Below are positions 28,001-38,055 of a stretch of 64,000 bases of DNA, in pieces. Numbering within the stretch: position 1 is the first letter of the stretch; each line of letters opens with the position of its first letter. This stretch comes from a virus. The position numbers and the translations under genes are program-made. Where the stretch lies: the IMG/VR virus record IMGVR_UViG_3300035698_019240, positions 28,056-92,055 of that record. One strand, 5' to 3'. The notes under the pieces were generated by a model. It was not told the origin of the DNA, made no database searches, and saw only the letters and a list, made by a program, of their open reading frames with translations.

Positions 28001-29544
28001 TCGTATAATGAACTATCGGTAACCCACGACCAATCTTCTACTTCACTTTCTATATCTGATAATATACCCCATATTTCTTCTTCACTATCTTTCTTTTCTT
28101 CAAAAGAAAAAGATTCATCAAAAATATTCATTTCTAAGATATAAGATCCCCAATATAAAGCACTTACACAGTCATCAGGTTTATCTTTACCAAAGAATTT
28201 ACCCTTTTCTTCAATGAATGATCCTAATTCCTCTATAGTTTCTTTATCTATAAGTTCAATACTTCCATCTTCTATAAGTTTTTTCATGAGTAGAACAGCC
28301 TTAGGTTTAGTTGTTTTTGTTGCACGAATTCCAAGATTAGCTGTTTTCATTCCAGTATTAACAAGATTTTCATTTTCATGTTCCCACCAAATTCTTTGTA
28401 TAACAGCAGAACCTTCTCCATTATTTTCACACATAATATGTGCGTTGTTATAATAATATGATATACGATTTATAATATCAGAAAAATCATACACATCTGT
28501 TTGGTTATGTCTGAAAACGGCAACCTGTTTCATTTTAATAGGTGTCATTCTTATAAGTTTTAAAACTTGTATAACTGACCAGTTTTCACCAGTACCCTTT
28601 GCAGGATCAACACCAAGAACATATTTTGCATCTTTTTCAGGTTTTTCATAAATTGATAATCTATCTTGTAAATCCATTATCTCTGGTTCTTTACTAATAG
28701 AAAGTAATACTTTCAAAACTTCAGGAGATATAACGGTATTTGTAGAACCTACAAATTCAACATTAAACTCTTGAGCAAACTTAATTTTACCAAGATTTTT
28801 TACTTGCTCCTCAGCCCATTCTATATCTCTTCCTGGGACATCACTCCATGTAACCTTCTTATGTTTGAATGTATTGAGGCCTGCTTCGGATTGACTATAG
28901 ATTCTATGGAATATATTGAATAGACCGTTAGGTGTGGATATAATTATAATTTTGGCTTTCTTTGATGCGGAAATTGTTGGATAATTTGCTGCCCAGAATT
29001 CTTCTGCTTGACTACCAGGTACGAAAGCAAACTCGTCACAAATTAATAGATTCATGGATTCACCACGAAAAGCGTCAGCAGATGTAGCTGATATAAAAAT
29101 TCGCGTCCCGTTATCAAAGGTCACGAACATTTTGGAATATTCGGATGCTCCTGGTTTTAGCCATAGTGGAAGTCCCTCCCACATTCTTTTCAATCTGGCC
29201 AATATCATTTTTGCTGAGGATTCTTTATTGGAAACGATACCTATATTCTTATCCTTATTGAAAAGGGCGTACCATAAAGCGTATACACATACTGTCGTGG
29301 TTTTACCACTTTGACGTGAGCATAAAGATACAGAGAATCTATTATTCTTATAAAGTTTCAGGAGGTCTCTTTGATAGTCGTAAGGCTCGTAAAGCATTTC
29401 TCCTTCATCAGGATTGATGATTTTGACATATTTCATAAAATAGAATAAACTATCACGGCATTTGCCTAATTCTACTATATCTTCTGGTGAATATTCTATC
29501 TCCTCTCCAGGTCTTTTAACAAATTGATCATATTTCACCGGCAT
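27997..29544 (-). CDS. Terminase large subunit (gp17-like)
   Basis: RQSGKTT Walker A, ICDEFAF, IISTPNG, GVDPAKG, KPDDCV. Confidence 0.96.
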   Translation of the reverse strand: MPVKYDQFVKRPGEEIEYSPEDIVELGKCRDSLFYFMKYVKIINPDEGEMLYEPYDYQRDLLKLYKNNRFSVSLCSRQSGKTTTVCVYALWYALFNKDKNIGIVSNKESSAKMILARLKRMWEGLPLWLKPGASEYSKMFVTFDNGTRIFISATSADAFRGESMNLLICDEFAFVPGSQAEEFWAANYPTISASKKAKIIIISTPNGLFNIFHRIYSQSEAGLNTFKHKKVTWSDVPGRDIEWAEEQVKNLGKIKFAQEFNVEFVGSTNTVISPEVLKVLLSISKEPEIMDLQDRLSIYEKPEKDAKYVLGVDPAKGTGENWSVIQVLKLIRMTPIKMKQVAVFRHNQTDVYDFSDIINRISYYYNNAHIMCENNGEGSAVIQRIWWEHENENLVNTGMKTANLGIRATKTTKPKAVLLMKKLIEDGSIELIDKETIEELGSFIEEKGKFFGKDKPDDCVSALYWGSYILEMNIFDESFSFEEKKDSEEEIWGILSDIESEVEDWSWVTDSSLYD

Positions 29545-29576
29545 CTAAATCACCCCCTACGTTTCAACACATCTTC

Positions 29577-30104
29577 TTATTTTATATATATATTTCCTTT
29601 AACTTTACTTACCTTTCTTACATCTTCTTCTGTAAATTCTTTTGTGTTACCACTACACCTAAAATTACCATCAACTATCTTTGGTGCTCCGTCCAATGAT
29701 GTAAGTTTATTCTCAGTACAGTCAAAAAATCCACCAACACTCTTTGGTGATCCTTTAAGTGAAGTTAGTCTATTATTACTACACCAAAAAATTCCATCAA
29801 CATTCTTTGGTGATCCTTCTAATGAGGTTAGTTTATTACCACGACACCAAAAATCTCCACCAACATTCTTTGGTGATCCTTTAAGTGAGATTAATTTGTT
29901 ACCATTACATTTAAAATTACCTTTTACACTATATTCCCCTAAATCTTTAAGTTCTTGTGGTAATTCTTTAAGATTGAGATTACTAATATCTATCTTATTA
30001 AATACACTTACATTTCCTTTAATATTATATTTTAAAGATTTACCATTAATTTTTAAATATTCTTCACAAATAAAATATATATTTATTCTTTCTATTATAT
30101 CCAT
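29577..30104 (-). CDS. LRR-like repeat protein (22-aa LTSLxGxPxxVxGxFxC repeats)
   Basis: Repeats visible; start moved to the ATG after GAGGAG. Confidence 0.8.
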   Translation of the reverse strand: MDIIERINIYFICEEYLKINGKSLKYNIKGNVSVFNKIDISNLNLKELPQELKDLGEYSVKGNFKCNGNKLISLKGSPKNVGGDFWCRGNKLTSLEGSPKNVDGIFWCSNNRLTSLKGSPKSVGGFFDCTENKLTSLDGAPKIVDGNFRCSGNTKEFTEEDVRKVSKVKGNIYIK

Positions 30105-30105
30105 A

Positions 30106-30191
30106 TTACATCTCCTCACATTAAATTCTAAGCATAAAAAAACCTTCTATCATTCCTTATTTAGAACAAGTAGAAGGCTTTTTACTTAATT
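30106..30191. repeat. Copy 1 of ~85-bp leader repeat (hairpin + SD)
   Basis: Near-identical to 31430-31513. Confidence 0.85.
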
Positions 30192-30204
30192 TATCTATAT
30201 ATCC

Positions 30205-31428
30205 TTACCACTTTATTGTTACTTTTCTCTTTACCTTACTTATCTTTCTTACTTCCTTTCTTGTAAATTGTTTTGTATTATTAGAACAGTCGAAGTTCCC
30301 ACCGACAATCTTTGGTGCACCTTTCAATGTTGTAAGTTTATTATCATTACAATGAAAATTCTTACCAACATTCTCTGGTGCACCTTTCAATGTTGTAAGT
30401 TTATTATTATCACAATGAAAATCACCACCAACACTCTTTGGTGCACCTTCTAATGAAGTTAAATTATTACTATTACAATAAAAATCACTATTCATAATCT
30501 TTGGTGCATATTTCAATGATGTAAGTTTATTTTGGCCACACCTAAAAAGTCCACCTATACTTGTTGGTATTCCTTCTAATGATGTAAGTTTATTAATGCT
30601 ACAATCAAAGTATCCTCTCACATGATATTCACCAAGATCCTTCAATTCTTGTGGTATTTCTTTAAGGTTTGCATCATCAATGTTCATCTCAGCAAACACA
30701 TAAACACCATTTTTTATTTCATAGTGAAATCTCCTACCAAGTACTCTGAATGTGTCTAATATCTTTAATCCTATTTTATCCACAAAGAACTTTCCTAACT
30801 TTTCATTTTCCTTAAAGAAATCTTCCAAATCCATTGTATCATCGTTTCTTCTGTCTTGTATTTCAGTATCTATATTGTTTTTATTAATAAACAATTGATA
30901 CAACTCCTTATTAGGTTTATTCTTATTCCTTATAACATATAATTTTCCTTTTTTGTTATAACTTTTCCAATGTGTAGGACCTCTACTTTTACTGGCCGTA
31001 CACCATGATGTTATTTTTCCATAAGCACCACAAGAGCTTTCAAAGTCTTTAGGTATTTCCACAATCCATTGTGAATCTGAATATATAACCTCATTAGATT
31101 CGTTACTTGATAGTTCCGCCAATTCGTCAAAAGATTTTAACCTACTTATATCTCCTTTAAAGTTTATAAGTTTTTTTCTTAGACTATCTAAATTTTTAAT
31201 TTCCAGTTTTCCTTTTTTATACCAATTCAATATAGTATTGGAAAATTTTCCAAGTTTTTTAATCACCTTTCCTTTTATTTTTGAGGTTGGATCTGCACTT
31301 ACAATTGCCATAAAAGTATTTATAGGCATGTAGTTATAGAATTTATCATATGCTATTTCTCCTGATATTTCGGTTAGCATATATTCTTCACCGATAAGAT
31401 ATATATCTATAGTTTTTATTATATCCAA
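30205..31428 (-). CDS. Protein with WCTA domain and C-terminal LRR-like repeats
   Basis: YG..TSWCTA..Y..KG.LY; about six 22-aa repeats; TTG start after GAGGAG. Confidence 0.8.
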   Translation of the reverse strand: MDIIKTIDIYLIGEEYMLTEISGEIAYDKFYNYMPINTFMAIVSADPTSKIKGKVIKKLGKFSNTILNWYKKGKLEIKNLDSLRKKLINFKGDISRLKSFDELAELSSNESNEVIYSDSQWIVEIPKDFESSCGAYGKITSWCTASKSRGPTHWKSYNKKGKLYVIRNKNKPNKELYQLFINKNNIDTEIQDRRNDDTMDLEDFFKENEKLGKFFVDKIGLKILDTFRVLGRRFHYEIKNGVYVFAEMNIDDANLKEIPQELKDLGEYHVRGYFDCSINKLTSLEGIPTSIGGLFRCGQNKLTSLKYAPKIMNSDFYCNSNNLTSLEGAPKSVGGDFHCDNNKLTTLKGAPENVGKNFHCNDNKLTTLKGAPKIVGGNFDCSNNTKQFTRKEVRKISKVKRKVTIKW

Positions 31429-31429
31429 G

Positions 31430-31513
31430 TTACATCTCCTCATATTAAGTTCAAAGCATAAAAAAGCCTTCTATTATCCTTATTTAGAACAAGTAGAAGG
31501 CTTTTTACCTAAT
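31430..31513. repeat. Copy 2 of ~85-bp leader repeat; terminator-like hairpin after SpoVR
   Basis: AAAAAGCCTTCTA...TAGAAGGCTTTTT. Confidence 0.85.
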
Positions 31514-31532
31514 TAATGTGAGAATTATATGT

Positions 31533-33167
31533 CTATTTTTCTATCATCACATATGTTGTGTCCACTTCCATGGGATTATATCCCTTGTTGTTTGGTTTGT
31601 TCAGTGTATTGCCAGGTATATCAGTCAAACCTTGTGACATTTGAACTAATGGTTTTCCACTCATATTCAAGCTTGGAGCTTGATCTTTTGAACATACTTT
31701 GTATGATACAACCTTTTTATCAATCTGAGTGGTCAGCGTTACAGGTCTACCCCATAATCTCCATATATGTTTCAAAGTTTCCTCTGAATATACCTTATCA
31801 AGGTTTGCTCCACTCCATTTATGTTCAAGTAACATTTCACCTGTATTATTAAAGTTACCGTTGGTAACCTCGATCTTTGGTATGTTACTATGGGCAAAGC
31901 TATTGATTATAATCTGGGCAACCTCTTTTGCTTGGTGGCCTGTGATGACAAAATCCGTATGTGAATATTCTTCTTTTGCCATATAGATATAAAGCTTGAG
32001 TTTATCCACAACTTCTTGTGTCAAGAAACTTTGCATGAAGAACCAGTCAGTCTGAGTTCTCATTGACTCAAACAATTTTTCAGTACCTTTATCTTCTTTT
32101 GTATCCCAGTTCTTTTTTTCTTCTCTGTTATCACAGTTTTCATACTCACGACCGTGACGACCTTTATCCCATCTTTCTTTAATGTCTTCCCACATACCAC
32201 TACCTATATGGTAAGGATTCATACCACCAGGATTCATGGCTTTAACAAGTGAGTTGGAATAATTGTACTGAGCATGATCAGAAACACTCAAAAGTTCCTC
32301 TTTGAATAATGTACCCATCATTTTTTCATGCCAATATGTAGCCCAACCTTCATTCATATACTTTGTTTTCATCTGAGGCCAGTAATACTGACCTTCAATT
32401 CTCAAAACTTCAAGTATATCTTTATGCCAGTCTTCAAGTTGAGGAGAATTATCAATAACATATCTCAAAATATCCTCAGTAGGCTCAACAGGCGTTTGAA
32501 GTTTAAGATATCTGTAAAGTTTCTGGTTATAAAGATGTACTTCTTCACCAGGATCAGGCTTATTACTTTCTACCAAATCTCCAAATTGCTCTCCGGGGCC
32601 TTTTTTATTTGTAAGTTTTTTCTGTCTAAAACACCTTTCAAGCTTTTCTTTTTCCGTTTCCGTATCAAATGGACTTGAGTGTAACTGTAACGCATGTCCT
32701 GCGTCAATCACTGCTTCAACTTCATCAATACCGTACATAATTTCAAATTTGTTAAAACGCTTACTGGCTTCTGACATAATTTCCACAATGTCTCGCCTTG
32801 TCTCACAAAAATGTTTATTTTCAGTGAAAAAATTAACATGTCCTATAACATGAGCCATAACCAGAGCTTGTACTGCGAAGGTATTTTCCTTCATGAGATA
32901 AGCTCTTGAAGGATTAGAGTTAATAACAACTTCATATGGTAAACCACCTGAACCGTTTTCATATATAGTTCTTTGTCTTTCATAATCTCTACCATATTTC
33001 CAGTTTGATACGTTGGTAGGCATGTGGTACGCCATTATTTCTAACATTTTCTGAGGAGGTATAATATCAAATTCTATTGGACAATATTTCATTCCAAGAT
33101 CATCTGTTGCAATTTGATTTAATCTATCCTCAATTTTTATCAGTCTTCCAAGTTCACTTTTCTGCAT
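31533..33167 (-). CDS. spoVR: SpoVR/YcgB family protein
   Basis: W.YG..YE, YEVVINSNP..AYL, MAHVIGH..FF, TK.MNEGWATYWH, NPY..G. Confidence 0.93.
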   Translation of the reverse strand: MQKSELGRLIKIEDRLNQIATDDLGMKYCPIEFDIIPPQKMLEIMAYHMPTNVSNWKYGRDYERQRTIYENGSGGLPYEVVINSNPSRAYLMKENTFAVQALVMAHVIGHVNFFTENKHFCETRRDIVEIMSEASKRFNKFEIMYGIDEVEAVIDAGHALQLHSSPFDTETEKEKLERCFRQKKLTNKKGPGEQFGDLVESNKPDPGEEVHLYNQKLYRYLKLQTPVEPTEDILRYVIDNSPQLEDWHKDILEVLRIEGQYYWPQMKTKYMNEGWATYWHEKMMGTLFKEELLSVSDHAQYNYSNSLVKAMNPGGMNPYHIGSGMWEDIKERWDKGRHGREYENCDNREEKKNWDTKEDKGTEKLFESMRTQTDWFFMQSFLTQEVVDKLKLYIYMAKEEYSHTDFVITGHQAKEVAQIIINSFAHSNIPKIEVTNGNFNNTGEMLLEHKWSGANLDKVYSEETLKHIWRLWGRPVTLTTQIDKKVVSYKVCSKDQAPSLNMSGKPLVQMSQGLTDIPGNTLNKPNNKGYNPMEVDTTYVMIEK

Positions 33168-34487
33168 TTATTTTGCTCCTTTCTTCTCAAATAAGAAGTG
33201 TTTTAATGTCTCCCATATATGTTCTTTTTTCTTTATTACGGCTAACAGTAATCTATGTTCGTCATTTTTATAAAAATTCGTTCCCTGTCTTGATGTTACT
33301 TTGAAGGGCCATTTATTCTTTATGGTTGTTAACAGTCCGTTAGTTGATGAGTAGTAACCCCCACCAGTTTGTATCTCTGCATATGCTAACATGTTTATGT
33401 TCTTACTTACCATTTCTTCAATCTTTGGAATTGTTTCCTGTGGACTCCAATCTTCTCCGTCTCCAAGATATACACAATATACATTCCACGAGTCTAATGG
33501 GAACTCTGTATCTATCATGTAGTTGGCTTTTTCAAATGCTGAACCACACATTGTGCCACCACTTTCTCCCTTGTGGAAGAATGTGTCTTCATCAACAACT
33601 TGGGCTGTCGTGGTATGAGTAATGAACTTAATTTGAACATTATCATAACATTTCTTTAAGAATTCTACAAGCCAGAATAACATTGAACGAGCCAGATATT
33701 TTTTATCACTGGTCATTGAACCAGATACATCCATCATTGCTATAACAACAGCGTTAGAACAATACTCCTCATCGTGTTCAATTTGTTTGTACCTCATATC
33801 ATCATCTTCAATCATGATATTACTTCTAGTTTCAGTGAGCTTGCCTTCTTTCATAATATCAATTGCATCATTGATATCACCTTTTGACTGCATCAAAGCT
33901 CTACGAGCCTCATCCTCAGTACATCCAGTTTCATCTACAATCTCTGCTTCATAAGAGACCATTCTTTTGATTGCTTCCATTATGGTTCTCTTTTTATGAA
34001 CTCTTGGCATAATACCTGTTTTTGAAATTGACTCAAATTTCCACCCTTTAGGTACAAGGGTTTCCTTTCTTGTTTTTTCCTCGATATAAGGAAGACCAAG
34101 ATCGTCAAACATTATCTTGATAAGGTAATCAATATCAACTTCGGTTTCCATGTAATCATTACCCTGTTTGTTTCCTGCTTTATCGCCTTCACCCTGACCC
34201 TGGCCATCTTTTTTTTGTCTACCTATGATATCACCACCTTCTCCATCACCTTGGCCGACACCAGAACCACCGCCTTCTCCATCATTACCATAAACAAAAC
34301 GATAATCTTTAAGACCTTTTACAGGAATACGAACTTTCTTACCTTTTCGTTTGGTGATAATGGATTCTTCACCGATAACATCCTTTACACTCTTCCTGAT
34401 TGCATCATCAATTTTTTCTTGATGTCTTTCTGCGTCTTTTTTACCTTTTTCACTTAGCTCCCAATCATCATGATGTACGATACCCAT
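33168..34487 (-). CDS. yeaH: YeaH/YhbH (DUF444) vWA-like protein
   Basis: KG..DAERH..K, Gly-rich linker, AV..AMMDVSGSM, F.KGESGGT. Confidence 0.92.
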   Translation of the reverse strand: MGIVHHDDWELSEKGKKDAERHQEKIDDAIRKSVKDVIGEESIITKRKGKKVRIPVKGLKDYRFVYGNDGEGGGSGVGQGDGEGGDIIGRQKKDGQGQGEGDKAGNKQGNDYMETEVDIDYLIKIMFDDLGLPYIEEKTRKETLVPKGWKFESISKTGIMPRVHKKRTIMEAIKRMVSYEAEIVDETGCTEDEARRALMQSKGDINDAIDIMKEGKLTETRSNIMIEDDDMRYKQIEHDEEYCSNAVVIAMMDVSGSMTSDKKYLARSMLFWLVEFLKKCYDNVQIKFITHTTTAQVVDEDTFFHKGESGGTMCGSAFEKANYMIDTEFPLDSWNVYCVYLGDGEDWSPQETIPKIEEMVSKNINMLAYAEIQTGGGYYSSTNGLLTTIKNKWPFKVTSRQGTNFYKNDEHRLLLAVIKKKEHIWETLKHFLFEKKGAK

Positions 34488-34489
34488 TC

Positions 34490-35227
34490 TTAATCTCCTT
34501 CCTTTATCTCTATTTCAAGCCAATCGGCTTTTAAACCACTATTATTTAAAATTGCAAACCATTCACACTTACAATCATCACAAAACATTTTTTGTCTAAA
34601 AGAAGTTCTGGACATAAATTTTCCACCATTGAATCTTATATTGGTAGACCCACATAATAGACATGTAGAAGGCGAATTGTTATAAGAACTTGTGTCCTTT
34701 ATAATCTTTAACCTCTTACCCTTTTTAGTCTTTTTTTCCTCTTTTGTTATTACTATTAAATCATCGTTTATCATTCTATTACCTTATAGGTACAAGTGAG
34801 TTACATGTTACATACCATTTTAAACCACATGTACTGCAGACCATTTTTTTATTAAAGAACTGATTTACCATTCCTCTGGGTTCTTCCTGTATATTTTTTG
34901 AACCACAATCTATACATTTTGGATCTTTAAGATATCCCTTTATATCCCATATAATTCCTGTGGTTCTTTTTTCCTTCTTCACCAAATCCTCAAACATATA
35001 CTCTCTCCTCATTATACTGGTAATACAACCCAAGAAAAATTACAATTCAAACATCTCATTACTTTCATATTGAAATATGGTGGAATATTTTCATATCCTG
35101 TTGATATAACATTAACCGACTTACATTTAGGACATTGTTTATCATTATATGTATCTTTCCTGTCTTTTATATTTTCTGGTTTCTTACCAGTTTTATTTTT
35201 TCCTTCACTTATCATATCATCAAACAT
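34490..35227 (-). CDS. Three tandem paralogous Zn-ribbon proteins (34490, 34779, 35012)
   Basis: Each CxxCxSxN(I/V)...MxCxxC...W. Confidence 0.75.
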
Positions 35228-35254
35228 TCTTAATCCTCACTCAATCGTATGTCC

Positions 35255-35283
35255 ATTATAACACATTACTAACACAAAGTAAA
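35255..35283 (-). promoter_or_regulatory. Early promoter for Zn-ribbon-yeaH-spoVR unit
   Basis: TTTACT-17-TATAAT with TG extension. Confidence 0.75.
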
Positions 35284-35286
35284 CGC

Positions 35287-35325
35287 AAAAAAAAGGTGCG
35301 GCCTATAAAAGGCCGCACCTTTTTT
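35287..35325. terminator. Intrinsic (bidirectional-type) terminator after prkA
   Basis: A8-GGTGCGGCCT-ATAAA-AGGCCGCACC-T6. Confidence 0.9.
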
Positions 35326-35341
35326 GTTGAATTATGGAAAA

Positions 35342-37303
35342 CTAGTTTTCCTTTCTTATTACTTCTCCAACAAACTGTAGTAAAACGCTGGCACAGTGAT
35401 CACAATATCCCTTAGCTATAAGCCTGTTCATCGCCTCACTTCTCCGTTTTACACCCTTTGGATCAGTGTTTGTTGTATCTGATATTGAAAGTGAAACAAC
35501 AGACTTGAGGTCGTTCATGAGTTTCTTTTCAATCGCCTCACGAACAGGATCGTAATCCTTGAATGTGAACTTTTTACCTTCGCTGAGATATTCTGCCTTA
35601 TAGACAAAGATGCCATTTCTGAAGGTCTCTTTTGAGTTCACTGGGATACTTATAAGTTCTTCGATTGACCTCATAAGTTTTTCATCGGCATCAGAATATT
35701 CACCGGTGATCTTATCTTGAACCTTATCTTTCTTACAGAAAGCTGTTACATTGGTCATGTAGTTATCAAAAAGGTTCTGTGCTTGATCTTCATAAGCCGC
35801 CAAGAATGACATATTAACCTCTTTTTTGGCGATCTCTTTATACTCGTCTGCAACAGAGTTTTTATCACCTGCGAGGATGTTCAAATATGTTGCTGTATCC
35901 TCTTCGGTTATACCGATGTGATGGTTGAAGTTCTCACGAAGGGCTCTAATGATATCAATTGGATTGATACATTTTCTCTCTTCTTTCTGGCCAAGGGCAA
36001 CATTCAGGGCATTTATGATAAATCTTGGAGAAATACCGTTCATACCTTCACCCTTTTTCCGACCTTCTTCTCTGAGTGCTTTCACATCAACATCTGTCTT
36101 TTTAAATTCCTCTGTGATCTCACCGTTGTAAAGTTTCATTTTTGTTACGGCATTTGAAACTTTGTTTGATGGCACAAGCCTTGAAAGTACTGCGAACTGA
36201 GCGGCAACCTTCAAAGTATTCGGTGATATATGTATATCCTTAAAATCAGATTCATCAATCATCTTTTTATAGATTTTAATCTCATCGTCTACTTTAACAT
36301 TCCATGGTACGAAAACTGGGTACATTCTATCATGTAATGCTTCGTTCTTTTTATCAGATTTGAAAGAATCAAACTCTGTCTGATTTGTATGTGATAAGAT
36401 CAACTCATCAATATAAATCTGTGGAAAACCAGGTGATTTGATTAACTGCTCTTGAGCGGCAGTAATAAGGATGTAATGGAATTTTACATCTGCTTTCAAA
36501 ATCTCGATGTACTCAATAACACCACCGTTGGCAACTTGAAGCTCACCGTCAAACTGGTATGCTCTTGGGTCTGTTTCACCGTAACGGGCGATCTTACTCA
36601 TATTGACACGACCGATAAGCTCTGATACATCCTGTGATTTTGGATCACTTGGCTGGAATGTACCTATACCTAATCGTCTCTGCTCAGAGAATTTCATCTG
36701 AACAACAGGAACATCTTCCCATCTTACAACACCTTTTTCATCGGTAAACTCACTATCAATTACTTGCTGACATGTAGGACATAAATGTCCTTCAATTTTG
36801 ATGCCGAGTTCTTTTTCCCAGTTATCACGATCTTCAAGAGGCACAACATGAAGTGGTTCCTCATGTAAAGGACAACCCTTAATAACGTACTTTTGGGTAT
36901 CGTCCATTTCGAGTCCCTTTTTTATAAGGGCTGAAATTGTACTCTTACCGGAAGATACTGGTCCTACCATAATAAGAATTCTCTTGCCAGTCTCAGTTCT
37001 ACGGGCTGAAGCTTTGAGAAACTTCATAAGGTCATGGATTGGCTCAAGTGTTCCAAAAATCTTATCTTTGAAAAAGTTGTACCTTACCAAATCCTCATAG
37101 CCCATTGTTTTTTCACTGAGTGCAACATCCTCAGTACCATGTTTCATAATCATATTATAAATACGGCCTGGGGCAAACTGGGCGATCTCCGGTTTATCTT
37201 TGACCATATAAAGATAGTCAAGTGCTGATCCTGTCCAGTTTTGAACTCCTTTCTCTTTTCTCTGTGCTACAATTACTTCACGAAAATCTACGTTATCTTG
37301 CAT
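35342..37303 (-). CDS. prkA: PrkA/YeaG family AAA+ ATPase / Ser kinase
   Basis: GPVSSGKS Walker A, CPLHEEPL, PSDPKSQD, DPRAY.FDGEL..AN.G, GISPRF. Confidence 0.95.
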   Translation of the reverse strand: MQDNVDFREVIVAQRKEKGVQNWTGSALDYLYMVKDKPEIAQFAPGRIYNMIMKHGTEDVALSEKTMGYEDLVRYNFFKDKIFGTLEPIHDLMKFLKASARRTETGKRILIMVGPVSSGKSTISALIKKGLEMDDTQKYVIKGCPLHEEPLHVVPLEDRDNWEKELGIKIEGHLCPTCQQVIDSEFTDEKGVVRWEDVPVVQMKFSEQRRLGIGTFQPSDPKSQDVSELIGRVNMSKIARYGETDPRAYQFDGELQVANGGVIEYIEILKADVKFHYILITAAQEQLIKSPGFPQIYIDELILSHTNQTEFDSFKSDKKNEALHDRMYPVFVPWNVKVDDEIKIYKKMIDESDFKDIHISPNTLKVAAQFAVLSRLVPSNKVSNAVTKMKLYNGEITEEFKKTDVDVKALREEGRKKGEGMNGISPRFIINALNVALGQKEERKCINPIDIIRALRENFNHHIGITEEDTATYLNILAGDKNSVADEYKEIAKKEVNMSFLAAYEDQAQNLFDNYMTNVTAFCKKDKVQDKITGEYSDADEKLMRSIEELISIPVNSKETFRNGIFVYKAEYLSEGKKFTFKDYDPVREAIEKKLMNDLKSVVSLSISDTTNTDPKGVKRRSEAMNRLIAKGYCDHCASVLLQFVGEVIRKEN

Positions 37304-37357
37304 GTTTTTAATTATCCTTTCATCAGTTTTTTGTTCATTTTCTCAATCAATACATTA

Positions 37358-37386
37358 ATTATACTACATTTTTTCATCTATGTAAA
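37358..37386 (-). promoter_or_regulatory. Early promoter for prkA
   Basis: TTTACA-17-TATAAT. Confidence 0.8.
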
Positions 37387-37854
37387 TTACTTTTCTTCCT
37401 TTTTTTCTTCTTTCTTCTTAGAGTCTTCTAAGAGCTTTAGTACGGCTTCTCTATCAGCAATAATAAGATTTTGATTTGTGGGTGTTTTTCCCTGCTTTGA
37501 CTTCATTTCAAGTTCATATTTTTTTAAATCAGTCATCCGTGCTTTTAATAATAGAAAACTTTTTCCATACTGTCCTTGCTGTATTTCTTTTACAGAAGTA
37601 GATATAGAATTTAAAATCTGTCCAGAAACCTCAACGAGTCTTGCTGAGAAATTACCACGAGTCATTTCTTCCTCTATCTGGTCAAGAATTCCATTTGCTC
37701 TGTCAATATTATCTCTAAGTAACTTTTCGGTGGAATTATCATCGTTAAATTCTACCTCGAATGGATCTGGTCCTTCTGGTTCTATTGTTTCAGTGTTATC
37801 ATCAGTAACCAAACCAAATTCATCTTCCAAATTTTGTCTATCTAATTCAGGCAT
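37387..37854 (-). CDS. Terminase small subunit (gp16-like)
   Basis: ARLVEVSGQILNS and NQNLIIADREAVLKLL resemble T4-type TerS. Confidence 0.65.
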   Translation of the reverse strand: MPELDRQNLEDEFGLVTDDNTETIEPEGPDPFEVEFNDDNSTEKLLRDNIDRANGILDQIEEEMTRGNFSARLVEVSGQILNSISTSVKEIQQGQYGKSFLLLKARMTDLKKYELEMKSKQGKTPTNQNLIIADREAVLKLLEDSKKKEEKKEEK

Positions 37855-38055
37855 TATGCCTCCTCATTCATTAAAATGGAGATTGCTTTCTCAGCGTCTT
37901 TCATCGTAAGACCATGGTTTTTACTTGATAATAACAAAATTTTTTGTGATATACCAAGCAACGACGAGCACCAAAACCCCATAAACATTTCTTGATACTT
38001 TTATTCTTACACCAGGCTACATTATCATTATATGTACAGTTTATTTTTTTAAACA

